A DNA stretch of 64,000 nucleotides, from contig NC_087447.1 of NCBI RefSeq assembly GCF_036321535.1, positions 52,392,001 to 52,456,000 of the forward strand, in the 5' to 3' direction. Source of the DNA: Camelus dromedarius (taxonomy: Eukaryota). The position numbers and the translations under genes were made by a program. The first letter of the stretch is position 1. Every line of letters starts with the position of its first letter. The notes below the pieces were generated by a model. It ran no database searches. It saw only the letters and a list, made by a program, of their open reading frames with translations, and had not been told where the DNA came from. Positions 1 to 11,390 of the stretch are shown one piece after another.

Positions 1-249
1 GGTCAGTGGGGACACTATCATACCAGTCTCTTAGGCAGGGTTGTGAGGAGGATCCAATAAAGCAACAGTGGCTGGCACAGTCCCTGGCACACAGCAAGTA
101 GTCAATCAGTGCTCTTTTTATTATAATTTTTCTTTTCTTTTCTTTTTCTGCGTCTATCTTTGTCTGGGTATATTTGCCTGACTCGGTCTCTACCTGCTCT
201 TTCTGTAACACTTTGTCTATCTGTGCATCTCTGTCCCTGCAGCTCTGTC

Positions 250-1120
250 TGCCCGATGTCTGTGATGGGGGTAGGAACAGCAGCCCCCCAACCCCCGCAC
301 ACCCCAGCGGCGCAGCCGGGCAGGAGCGGGACTGCCCGAGCCCATGGATCCCGCCCCCCCGCCAGGTCCGCGAGAACCCCCAGCCCCCCATGCACCAGGC
401 CCCTCCGCCCCTGCAAGCGACCCGAGCAGGCAGATTAATAGCATCGTCAACAAAAGGAAACCAACCTGCAGAAGTTAGGAAGAGAGAGGGACTTACCGTT
501 CGCCGCGACCCCGAGGCTGGCAGAGCCACTTTTAACTAAGAATGAATTAGGGACAAACTCTTCCTCAGAGTCTGAGTCCGGGGTTGGCTGGGCCACACCG
601 TTGCCTAGCAACCGCCTCTGGCTCTCATTGGCCGGAGGGGAGGGGGGCGGGGAGGGGGACTGCTCAATAGGGGTTGATGAAGCGGATGAACAATGCAAGG
701 GAGCACCTGCGAACCACAAAGACAAACACAGACAGAAAAAAAAATAATGAAAATTGGTTTTGAGGCACACGGGGAGCGGGGAGGGAGCAAAATAAAACAC
801 GCATCAACAGGGGGAGGGGGCTCCCAACACTGGGCGATCTACTGCACACGTGGTCCCGGGGGCGGGGCTGATGCCTCCGAAAAGTTGGTGCAAACTCCTT
901 CTGAAGAGCTGGGGGCGTCGTGCAGAAGTCTGCACTCTTGCGAAGAGGGTGCCCCTCGGAAACACTCAGGAAGCCCTTCCTGCTTTGCCTGTTGTCTGAG
1001 AGAGGCCTGAAAACCTGGGGTCTAGTCCTGGCGGGGCTGCGTTATCTATCAAACAGCTGCTCTCCTCTGAGCTTCAGCGGCCTTGCTGGCAAAATGAGCA
1101 GCCGGCCGCATTAGGTGATC
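250..1120. promoter_or_regulatory. Intragenic CpG-rich, GC-rich patch around the exon
   Basis: Visibly high CpG density (e.g. gcggcgcagccggg, ccgcgag, cgccgcgacccc, cccgggggcgggg) compared with the CpG-depleted remainder; obs/exp ratio not computed. Confidence 0.6.
497..706 (-). CDS. TENM4: Teneurin-4 intracellular-domain alternative (cassette) coding exon, 210 bp, phase 1-1
   Basis: Minus strand reads ...ttttttttctgtctgtgtttgtctttgtggttcgcag|GT GCT CCC... (acceptor at 707) and ...GCG AAC G|gtaagt (donor 496-491). The open frame is [70 protein letters not shown], which I recall from the long rodent Tenm4 isoform between ENTET and [14 protein letters not shown] parallels teneurin-2 DEEFSPNSYLL. 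Confidence 0.9.
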
Positions 1121-1261
1121 GCTGAGCCCCTGCAAGCTGTCCATTCTGTGATGTCACCGAACTGAAATGATGTTCTTATTAGTGAGATTTTAATTCGACA
1201 TGCCTAGAACAGGCTCTGGGCCTCATAAAAGGTAGAGGGAGCTGGAGAGAATGATTCAGCA

Positions 1262-1279
1262 CCCCCCCCCCCCCCCCCC
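1262..1279. repeat. Poly-C homopolymer (C18)
   Basis: Directly visible. Confidence 0.9.
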
Positions 1280-3496
1280 GCTGGCATTCTAGGATTTCAA
1301 CACACTAATCTTCTACTTTTCTAAGAATATGACATTTTCAAATTTTTAAGGCCTAACATTCTCTGCAAACCTCTCGAGAGCAAGAATTTTAGCAGTCTTT
1401 TCCATTTCTGTATCCCCAGAATCTGGCATAGTGCCTGGCACATAGTAGGCACTAAATAAATATTTGCTGAAGAGATGAATTCCAGGTGTCTAACAGACTG
1501 GAATCCACAAGTTCTAATAGTCTCAGACGAAAAAACCTGTACCTTTTTTGGGCACTAACATGCTGTGTGTTCCAAGACGCACTAAGTCAGGATGCTTGAC
1601 TGCAAGTTTCTAACATGTCAGGGTTCTACGATTCTAAAATCCCAGCTTTCTACGGTTCTGTGAGCACACTCCCAATTCTGCAGGAGGAGGTGATAGATAG
1701 CCTGGGACAAGAGCTTTTAGGTCAGACAGTTTGCAGTCTTATCTGCGTGTGGCCTTTAGGCATGTGCAGTACATCGTGTACAAGAGAGGGAAGGTAAGCA
1801 CAGACATATAAAAGTATACAGTACAAGACAACGCATCCACTGGACAGCAAGGGCTGCTGCTTTTTTCCCACTTTGATGACAGGTTTAAAACACAATCAGA
1901 TCCATCTAGCTTTTCAGAGACTGAAACTTAGGAAACACAATGCAGCCCAGACATGCCATCAGAAGATGTGGCAGAGCTCTAAGGGGGAGATGGCACAGAG
2001 AGCTGCTGACTGTTGGAGGAGGGGGAGCTTTTTGTGGTCTGTCCACCAAAAGAAGCTCACTCAGTTCAGTCACCAAATCCTGCAGGATTCTGCAGGTTCC
2101 ATGACTCTTATGTCAACCCCTGAGCCCAACCACGTGTAACATTTTACTGAGCTGCTGTGGATGCCTTTGGCTGGTTCATATTAGAAATTCAGTAAGAACG
2201 ACTGAGGCAGCAGGATCAGTGATTGTGGTAGAATCTCTGGGTGGCTCTCCCATCTGCATTTTGATTTACCTAAATATCTGGGTTATGATTTACCTTAAAA
2301 TTATCCAAACCAGTGTTTCCAATTCACCCAGGGAGAACCTTCCCTGACACCACTTACCATATAGCAAGCCCTAAAGATTAGTTCTTTTCTTTGAACTAAT
2401 CTTTTTTTAGTTCTGTTATCACATTGGCTCCGCTGTTTTTGTAGTTATCTGTAGCTGTCTCGCGTATAAAAGCATATGGCCCATTCTTACAATAGAGTAC
2501 ATTCTTGGAGTGGGCTTTGGAGTTCAACAGAATTGGGGCTTGCATCATACCCTAGCCTTCTATTAGCTGTATGATCTTGGGTAAATTTCTTCTGGTTCCT
2601 CATTTGTAAGTTGGCAACTCCCCCCCTTCTATAAAGTTACTGTAAGGACTAAAGATACTATATCCGGGCATACAGTATGCTTGAGCAAGCAGAATTCCAG
2701 GGTCAGTGATTACCAAACATTTACTAAACTGAATGAAACCATCCCACAAGGAACCCCAGTCAAGATTTCCCTTCCCTTGCAATCCCAGTCTTGGAAAGAT
2801 TCTGTCAGCCAGGCTGCATTTATTAAGCAAATATACATTCATTTCCTCATCCTTTATTAACCAAAGACATCTTCTAATCTCCAATCAGAGCTTTTGATGA
2901 GCTTGAGATAACCAGTACCATACTATGCTGAGTTGTTAGAATTTCAGACAAAAGTTAAGAAACATGATATGTTGTTCCGGGTGCTTGTTACAGCCTCTTC
3001 CTGAGTAAATCTGTCAAGCTTTATGAAATAAATAGTTCCAGAACTAAGTAAATTCTTCCATTGCAAACATCAGTGATCCTAGGCTAAGGAAAGCCTGTTC
3101 CCTCACAGGTCTCACGCCTGTTTCCTCTCCCGTCCATCCACTCTCCAGGCCTCACCCAAGGTCCTTAGGGTTGCTCTGAATATTCATAACCTAGCATTCA
3201 AAGCACCTAACAAGGTGCCAGACCCTTAGTAGGTGCACGATAACTCATGAGGTTTCTGTGAAGTACAGGTATTAATTGGAAACATCTTAATTCCCTTCCT
3301 CTTTTCATCAGCACCGTTTAATTTAAGTGGCTCCAAGGTGGGGGCACAAAACCATCTCCTGGCTGCTAGAAAATTCTAGAAATATTTATATTTTAATCTA
3401 ACCTTTTTTAATATCTAATATCTATTTTGTATATGTTATATTTATAATGTACATAATACATTTGTATTCAAAATACATTAATCAAAAGCATTGCTG

Positions 3497-3693
3497 AAAC
3501 AGAAATAGACTCACAGACATAGAAAATAAACTTATGGTTACCAAAGGGGAGCAGGGAGAGGGATAAATTAGGAGTCTGGGATTAGCAGATACAAACTACT
3601 ATGTAAAAATAGATAAGCAAGGTTCTGCTATATAGCACAGGGAACTATGTTCAATATCTTATAATTACCTATAATGGAGAAGAATCTGAAAAA

Positions 3694-3757
<64 letters not shown>

Positions 3758-3835
3758 CTGAATCACCCTGCTGCACATCTGAAACTAACACGACATTGTA
3801 AATCAACTATACTTCAGAAAAAAACAAATAAAATA
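3497..3835 (+). mobile_element. 5'-truncated L1 3' end (artiodactyl-type 3'UTR) with internal (TA)n
   Basis: aaacagaaatagactcacagacatagaaaataaacttatggttaccaaagggg...acattgtaaatcaactatacttc followed by an A-rich tail; flanking duplication gcattgctg at 3488-3496 and 3840-3848. Confidence 0.85.
3697..3756. repeat. (TA)30 microsatellite
   Basis: Perfect TA run. Confidence 0.95.
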
Positions 3836-3879
3836 AAATGCATTGCTGTACCAATTTGGCATCTACAGAAGCAAGGCAG

Positions 3880-4080
3880 GTTCATAGTAAAAGAATGGGC
3901 TCTGAGTCCAGACCCTATGTTTGAATTCTAGTTGCGCTATTTGCTAGCTCAGCAGTAGTGACCTCAGGCAAGTTACTTTACCCTTTGTGCCTCAATTTCC
4001 TCATCTATGTAATACAGATTTAAAAAAAAAAAAAAGGAATACCTACTTCACAGAGTTGCTCTGAGGATTAAAGGAGTTAA
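3880..4080 (+). mobile_element. MIR SINE (representative of many copies in the window)
   Basis: gtgacctcaggcaagttacttta...tgcctcaatttcctcatct...acctacttcacagagttgctctgaggattaaa MIR core. Confidence 0.75.
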
Positions 4081-7000
4081 AACAAGTCACTTGTTGCAAA
4101 CAGCAAGGCAGCCAGTAAACACCTAGTAAACTTTAGATGTCATTGTGCATAAATATGTGTATATAAAGTGAGGGGAGCTACTGTTCTTTTCCTTTTCTTT
4201 TTTGTAAGAGCAGTGCATGACCTCAGAAGCATGGCAAACACTTTCAATCCAAAGACATTTCCTAAACACCCACTGGGCAGTGAGAAGGTGAGGGGTATAC
4301 AAACTGTGAGACACGGCCCTCAAGGAGCCAGTGGGAAGGGAGGGAGAGTGTCACATGCAGCTCTAAGCAAGGCCGAGGTGGGACCTGTCAGAACAGAAGA
4401 CAGCCCAGTGCGAGGGAAGGATGGTGGGGAGGTGGGGTGCTCACTTCAACCGGAGGAAACAAGAAAGGTTTTCTGGAGCCATAGAGGATTCCAGTGGGAA
4501 GAGATGAAGATGTGGGGGCTTGCACATCCATGGCAGAGGGAGAAATACTTTGCCTCAGGCCCTCATCCTTCACCTGGTCTCAAGAAACCTGCCCGTCCGT
4601 CTTCACTGTATCTCTCAAGTCTCAAGTGCTACCATTAACTCCTCACTACCACTGGTCTGCTGGGACTTGCTGGCCTGCCCTCATTTCCATGCACTCACTG
4701 CTCTCTCTTCTGCCCGAGTCTGATTTGCACACCTTCAGGGCACCATCTGCATTGAATCTATCTGAACAGTACCCTCTGGAGCCCAACTACAAATTTTGCC
4801 TCTGAGCTTTTGCATATGCTGTTCCTTCTTGAACATTTTCCTTCCTATTCCCTTTTCTTCATCACTACCACCCTGTGTGTCTCCCTAGCTCCCACCCAGT
4901 CTCAGGGCTTAACCTCATGATCACCATCCCCAGGAGGGCTTCCCTGATTATCTCAAGCCTGGGTTTGCCACCCCTCCTGGGGGCTCCCTGTGCTTTCCTT
5001 GTTGCTACACTTCCCACACTGCTGTGCTGACTTGTTTGTGGCCACCCACTAGCCTGCTTGGCTTATCAACTACCATATTCTCCAGTTCCCAGCACTGTGT
5101 CTGGTACACAGAAAGCACTAGTAAATATCTATTAAAAGAAGAAAGGATGGAAGGAAGGTAGGAGGCAGGATACCTTGATTATGGCACAAAAGGTCTATGG
5201 AAAAAGAGTAGCAGGAAATGAGTCTCTGAATAGCAGGCTTAGGCCTTGAACACAAGGAAAAGGAAATCAGACCTTAACTGGGGAGTCACAGAAGTTCTTA
5301 AAGCAGGAAAGTGACAAGACCAGGGCTGTACTTTAGAAGGATCTGCTCTTTAAACTGAAGACTCAGCCACCCAGGTCTCCTTTCTATTTGGCTCAGATCA
5401 GCCAGCATGTTGAAAGCCCACATGATCTGTGGGGCCCAGATACACATTCATGTAGGCAAATATGGATGCCTGATGTCACAGGACCAGGGAATTGGGGTTT
5501 TGGGTGGCCTTCCCATGTATTCTGATCATCAGCTGAAGGGAAACCTGGTATTATAGAATCTTCCATTGTGCCTTTGGTAAAATGAGATGGGATTGGAATG
5601 AACCTCCTTACGTCTCTTCCCAACAACAAAGGGGGCCACTGAAGGGTAAAGGAGAGCCATGAGGGTGTCCTGAAAGGAGGTCTCTCTGAGCCTAGCTCTA
5701 GCTTACAGTAGACAAAGGTGGAGAAAGAAAAAAACAAAGGGAGAGAGTGTAGACACCCATGTGGGTGAGGGGTGGGGGTAGGAGTGGGAACAAACATTTG
5801 CAGAGCACCTCCCAGAGGCCAGGAACTGGGCCAGGTGTTTTACAAGATCTCCTCACAACAGCCCCATGAGTTGGAAAATCCATCCCCATTTTCAAGGCCA
5901 AGAAATGGACAGAAGTGAAGTTATCTGTCTGTGGTCACAGGTCCTGGGTGAGAACGCATAATGGCAATGCCGTGTCCACCGAGCGGTGTGAATTAAAGGC
6001 ATCAGCCCTGGTTTGCAGTAGGGAAGGGGAGAGTGCCATCCATCAACTGAAACACACCTAAAGTGCAAAGACTGTAAGTTTCCTACTGAGCAAACCAGGG
6101 ACGAAAGCCCAGGTTCACACTGGCTGTATGACCTGGAGTGAGTCACTTCACATTTCTTAGTCTTCATCTTCTCCTTTAAAAAATGCTGTGTCAATACTCA
6201 CTGCAAAGAGTTTTTGAGAGAAGTGATATTATGCTTGTAAGCAGCATGGGAGTCTCATGGTAAGAGCTCAACCAACGTTAATTCCCTTTGCCACCCCTCT
6301 GGCTGTAGGTCTTTGAGAGTAAGAACAGGGTGGTTTTGGGAAATAAACAATGACAGATCTGCAAGATCTTTTCTCATTACGCATCACTTGTTGACATCAT
6401 ATGAGAGGAAAAGTATTAGGGAGACAGCTGTGCTACACGAAAGGAACACATGACAAGGGAATCCTGAGACCTGTAGACACAGCCACCTCCGTTACTCCCG
6501 CCTTCGTGTGCATCGAGGGTAGCTTTCCTGAGCATGTGAAAAGTACCCTGTAACTAGGGCAAGCTGTGCTCAAGGAAGAGCCTTCTAGTACTCTGTATTC
6601 TGAGCTGTCTTTGGAATATGCTGTGAGACTAAATTGTGAAGGCTAGCTATGGACAAGTTCATTATTCTGTCAAAGAAAAAAAGACCATTAACAAAATGCA
6701 CTTTTTAACACTTTTCTCAGCAGTCCTAAGAAATCCATCTAAACACCCAAATGGAACCTTATTGATCTACATTAAACCCATCTAGGCTATGGTAGTGAAA
6801 GTCACTGCCCGCTCACGCAGCGGAAAGTGTGAGTCTGACCTGCAAACCTGGAGCACTAGCTGTGTGCCACAGAGAGGGCACTTTCTTCACAGGGGTTCCC
6901 TCGATTAGAGGATGAGCCTCCTAATATCCTTTTAATTGGCAGCCCTGCATTTTAGAAGCTTGTACATAAAGTGCTTGGCATAGCACCCAGTAAACAGCAA

Positions 7001-7550
7001 TTACTCAATACGTGACACCTAGAAAAAAACCAAAACAAAACACTCAGACCTAAGCAGGTAACTCATCTCAGTGGAATCCTGAGCTGATGGATTCACCCTT
7101 CCCATGAAGCCTGATTATGTTTCATCTTCTCAGTCTCCTTTCTGTAAATATTCTAGCCACTCCACTTAAAACCAAAGGCATTTGTTCTTTTCTCATGAGC
7201 CAACCTCATATCTATTTCCTCTTAACAGGGCAGCCAGTTGGTCCACTGTTAAGAAGTAAAACCTTATGCAGTTCTGTGCAGAGGATGGGGCACTGAGGAA
7301 AACTGGAATCTTTTTCTACAAGAGGACCAGGAACTCCTCTGTAGTGGTAGCACGCCCTGCTTCTGATGCCAGTGAGTGATGTTCACGTCTACTGCTGAAA
7401 CACCCTAGCCTGCCCTTCAGGGACCACAGGTGCTCATCTCTGTGTCCTGGCCTGGCTCAGAGTCTCAGCTCAAAAAGGTTAGCAGAACTGGTTCCCATGG
7501 TTATTTGCAATGGATTGAAATCCACTGCTGTGAAGCATTTCAAAGTGCTA

Positions 7551-8161
7551 CATGCACCCCAGTGTTCACAGCAGCATTATATACAATAGCCAAGACATGG
7601 AAGCAACCTAAATGTCCATCGACAGATGACTAGATAAAGAAGTCATGGTATACTTATACAGTGGAATACTACTCAGCCATACGAAGAGTAAAATAATGCC
7701 ATTTGCAGCAACATGGATGGACCTAGAGATCATCATTGTAAGTCAAGTAAGCCAGAAAGAGAAGGAAAAATACCATGATATCACTCATACGTGAAATCTA
7801 AAAAAAGAAAAAAGAGGACACTAATGAACTTATTTACAAAAAAGAAACAGACTTGCAGACATAATACACAATTTTATCTTTACTAGGGGAAAGAGGTTGG
7901 GAAGGGATAAATTTGGGAGTTTCAGATTTGCAAATGTTAGCCACTATATATAAAAACAGATTTAAAAAAAAACAAATTTCTTCTGTATAGCATAGGGAAC
8001 TATGTTCAATATCTTGTAATAAGCTTTAATGAAAAAGAATATGAGAATGAATATATGTATGTATATGCATGACTGGGACATTATGCTGTACACCAGAAAT
8101 TGACACATTGTAACTGATGATACTTCAATAAAAAATAAAATAAAATAAAATAAAAAGAAAT
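7551..8161 (+). mobile_element. 5'-truncated young L1 (end of ORF2 plus 3'UTR and poly-A)
   Basis: catgcaccccagtgttcacagcagc... (ORF peptide CTPVFTAALYTIAKTWKQPKCPSTD matches the L1 ORF2 C-terminus); AATAAA-rich tail; TSD aaagtgcta at 7542-7550 and 8162-8170. Confidence 0.92.
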
Positions 8162-8190
8162 AAAGTGCTAGAAACCTGAAGCTAGAGCAC

Positions 8191-8320
8191 TAGAGGGACC
8201 ATTCGTTCTGGTTAGTCAGTGACAGCCCCAATTGAGATCTGTTATCCTGTATCAGTTAAAAATAGTGCCCTATCTTTGCTCTAAAAACGCTCTGATTTGG
8301 ACACCTAGTGGCCACCCCAT
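8191..8320. mobile_element. MER94/MER81-like hAT-Blackjack relic
   Basis: agagggaccattcgttctggtt...gacagcccc...gtggccaccc resembles the AGGGTGACCA termini. Confidence 0.5.
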
Positions 8321-9298
8321 TTTAGGGCATTAGAGATTCAGTTCTGCAGCAGAGGCTATAGCTTGCTACAAGAGACTAAGGGTCAAAAGAGGTACAGGTC
8401 AACCACAAGCTGCAGGATCACGGGCAGGGCCTCTGACCTCACTGGCCCTTACGTTTCCCATTAGAGAGTTGGATCAGAACACCCTAAGGTTCTTTCATGG
8501 TGCAACATTCTACAATATAGGAGTAATGGTAGTCTGCACCTCAAGGGGTTGTTCTGAGGATTAAAGGAGACTTCGGAAAAAATGCAGGATAGAAATGATT
8601 ACAGTTATAATGGAAGATCATGTTCCTTCAGTATAGGAAATGCTCATACAACATTGATAGAATAAATGAATTTGTATAAATGTATTCCTATACAAAAGAT
8701 GGGCTGAAAAACATCTTTAACAGTGGTTATCCCTGATAAGAGAAATTTTTAATTTTTAAAATATGCTTTTATATCTTCAAATTTTTCTACAATGTCAGTT
8801 ATTTTTACCCTTTTAAAAACTATTTTTTAAAACTTCAAGAGAAAATGAAATAATAAATGTGAAAATATCTGGCATCTAGTGGGTGCTAAATGTTGGTTTT
8901 AAATACAAACAAAACTTTATATACCGATATTGGTAATATAATTAGATATAAATTGATTTTTAAAGGGTGAAAACCTTTTAACTGAGAAATTCCACTTCTA
9001 GGAATTTACCCACAAAGACAATCTTGACTTTTCAAAAGATTTATTTGTAAGGCTATTCATCCCAGCATCATTTGTAATAGTCAAAAGTAAAAAATTTTCA
9101 AATAAATCTTAAGGAAAGGAAAAACATCCTTTATGTTAAAAAGTGACTAATTATATAAATTCAGGCACATCAGTACAATGCTAATGTGCAGACATTATCA
9201 GCCAAGCTTGTAAAGAATATCTAAAGACTTGGGAGATAGGATATGAAAAAAGAATGGGGCAAAACTGAATAAAAAAGAATTCTGACAGTTGTTTCAGC

Positions 9299-9320
9299 GT
9301 GTGTGTGTGTGTGTGTGTGT
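9299..9320. repeat. (GT)n microsatellite
   Basis: Visible GT run. Confidence 0.9.
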
Positions 9321-10004
9321 ATGATTAACAAAAGTGTTAATACTTGTTACCTTAGGGCAGTAGAATTATAAATAAATTTTACCTTTTCTTTATATTTTCT
9401 AATTCTTCCAAGGAACCAATGTGATAATGAGATTTAAAAAAAAAAAACAATAAAAGTTTTTTAAAGAGAAGAAAACACACACATAGAGAAAGGCAGCAAA
9501 GACAACAGCTCTGCTTTGGGTCCCTCATGGGATGAGCTTGGCAGAACTGCAGCCTCCCTGGTCCAAACTCGCCTTCTTTTCCAGCCTATTAAATCTTGTG
9601 GGTCTTCCTCCCCCGGCCGGGCAGCTCCCACTAAGTCAACTCTCTTCTCCTTGACAGTGGTTATTTTCAGAAGCAGGTCTGGGGCCATCTGTCTCTGTGA
9701 CTTATGTTGGGAAAATGATCTCTGGAAAACAGGATGCAGTCAATTTCTCAGGCTCAGCTCTCCTCCTCCTCACAGATTTCTCAGGGCCACGTTTGTTTGT
9801 TGTTTGTTTGTTTGTTTGTTTAAGCATTCACCAGGAAAAGAACTCTGTTTTCACCTGCCTGCCTGGGGAAGCCCAGTGCCTGCTGTACTTTACACTTCAA
9901 CACTGAGACAAGAGTGACTTAGGTCCCTCTGGTCTTCACAGAGGGATGGCCTACCAGCTAGTCTGCTTGTTTGATGCAGGTATATTAAATGAGGGCATCC
10001 ACTG

Positions 10005-10900
10005 ATTTTTTTTGTAATAACAGCTTTATTGAGATATGAATACATGCCATGCAAGTCACCCATGTAAAGTGTACAATTCAATGGCTTTTAGTATATTGAC
10101 AGAGTAGTACAATCATCACCACAATAAATTTTAGAATATTTTCATCACTCCAAAAGAAACCCTATAGTCATGAATAATTACTCCCCATTTCTCTCCAACC
10201 CTCTGCTGCCCCAGACAATCACTAAATCTATTTTCTGTCTCTATAGCTTTACCTATTCTGGACATTTCATATAAACGGAATTATACAATATATGCTCATT
10301 TGTGACTGTCTTCTTGTACTTAACATGGTGTTTTCAAGGTTCATCCATGTTGTAACATGAATCGACTCCATTTCATTTCATTGCTGAATGACATCTCATT
10401 GTACAGATGTACCACATTTTGTTTATCCATTTGTCAGTAGATGGAAACTTGGGTTGTTTCTACTTTTTGGCTCTTCTGAATAATGCTGCTATGAACATCT
10501 GTGTACAAATTTTTATGTGGAGATACATTTTCATTTATCTTGGGTAGATACCTAGGGGTGGAACTGCTGGATTGAGTGGAAACTCTGTTCAACCTTTTGA
10601 AGAACTGCTGGATTGTTTTCCAAAGTGGCTGCTCCATTTTATGTTCCCAGCATTTGAGTGTTCCAATTTCTCCATAGCTTTGCCAACATTTGTCATCATC
10701 TGACTTTGATGACAGCCATTCTAGTGGGTGTGAGGTGGCATCTCACTGTGGCTTTGAGTTGCATTTCTTAATGGCTAATGATGTTGAGCATCTTCTCATG
10801 TGCCTACTGGCCCTTTATATATCTTCTCCGGAGAAATGTCTATTCAGATCCCTTGCCCAGTTTTAAACTGAGTTATCTCTTTTTTATTATTGAGTGGTAG
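10005..10900 (-). mobile_element. Old L1 (L1MB-like) 3' end and ORF2 tail
   Basis: acagctttattgagatat...aaagtgtacaattcaatggc 3' end; minus ORF MEQPLWKTIQQFFKRLN resembles the L1 ORF2 C-terminal region. Confidence 0.85.
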
Positions 10901-10909
10901 ATATCGATT

Positions 10910-11390
10910 CTTTCATCAAATATTTATTTTGTGCCTACCCTGTGCCAGGCACTGTTCTAAGCATCACTGATAGGCAAGGAAGAAAAAGCTTTGCCCTCAG
11001 AAGCTTACCTTCCAGTGGAGAACAATCAATACACAAGTAAGAAAATAACTATACAGAACAAGATCAGGTGGTGATAGATGCTATGAAGAAAGGTTTAATG
11101 CACTAAGAGGTTGGGAGTGATGGGATGGGTGTGCTGTTTTAGGTAAGGTGGTCAGGGAAGGTCTGTCTGCAGAGGTGACATTTGAGCAAAGAACTGGAGT
11201 AAGTGAAAGAGTGAGTCACATAAACATTGGGGGGGGGGTACTTTCGAGGCAGAGGACCCAGCAACTGCCAAGTCCCTGCAGTAGAAGCAAGTACATTTGA
11301 GGGACAGCGAGGAAGCTAGCCTAGCTGGAGGAGCATAAGGAGGAGAGTGCTAGGAAATGAAACTTGAGAGGCGGCCAGGGGCCAGGTTAC
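10910..11390. mobile_element. L2 relic
   Basis: catcaaatatttatt...gtgcctaccctgtgccaggcactgttctaagc...gaggtgacatttgagcaaaga typical of the L2 3' region. Confidence 0.75.

Noticed and set aside
447..800. 117-aa ORF as a standalone gene
   Set aside because: Only 497-706 lies between canonical splice sites; the flanking residues are translated intron, including the polypyrimidine tract
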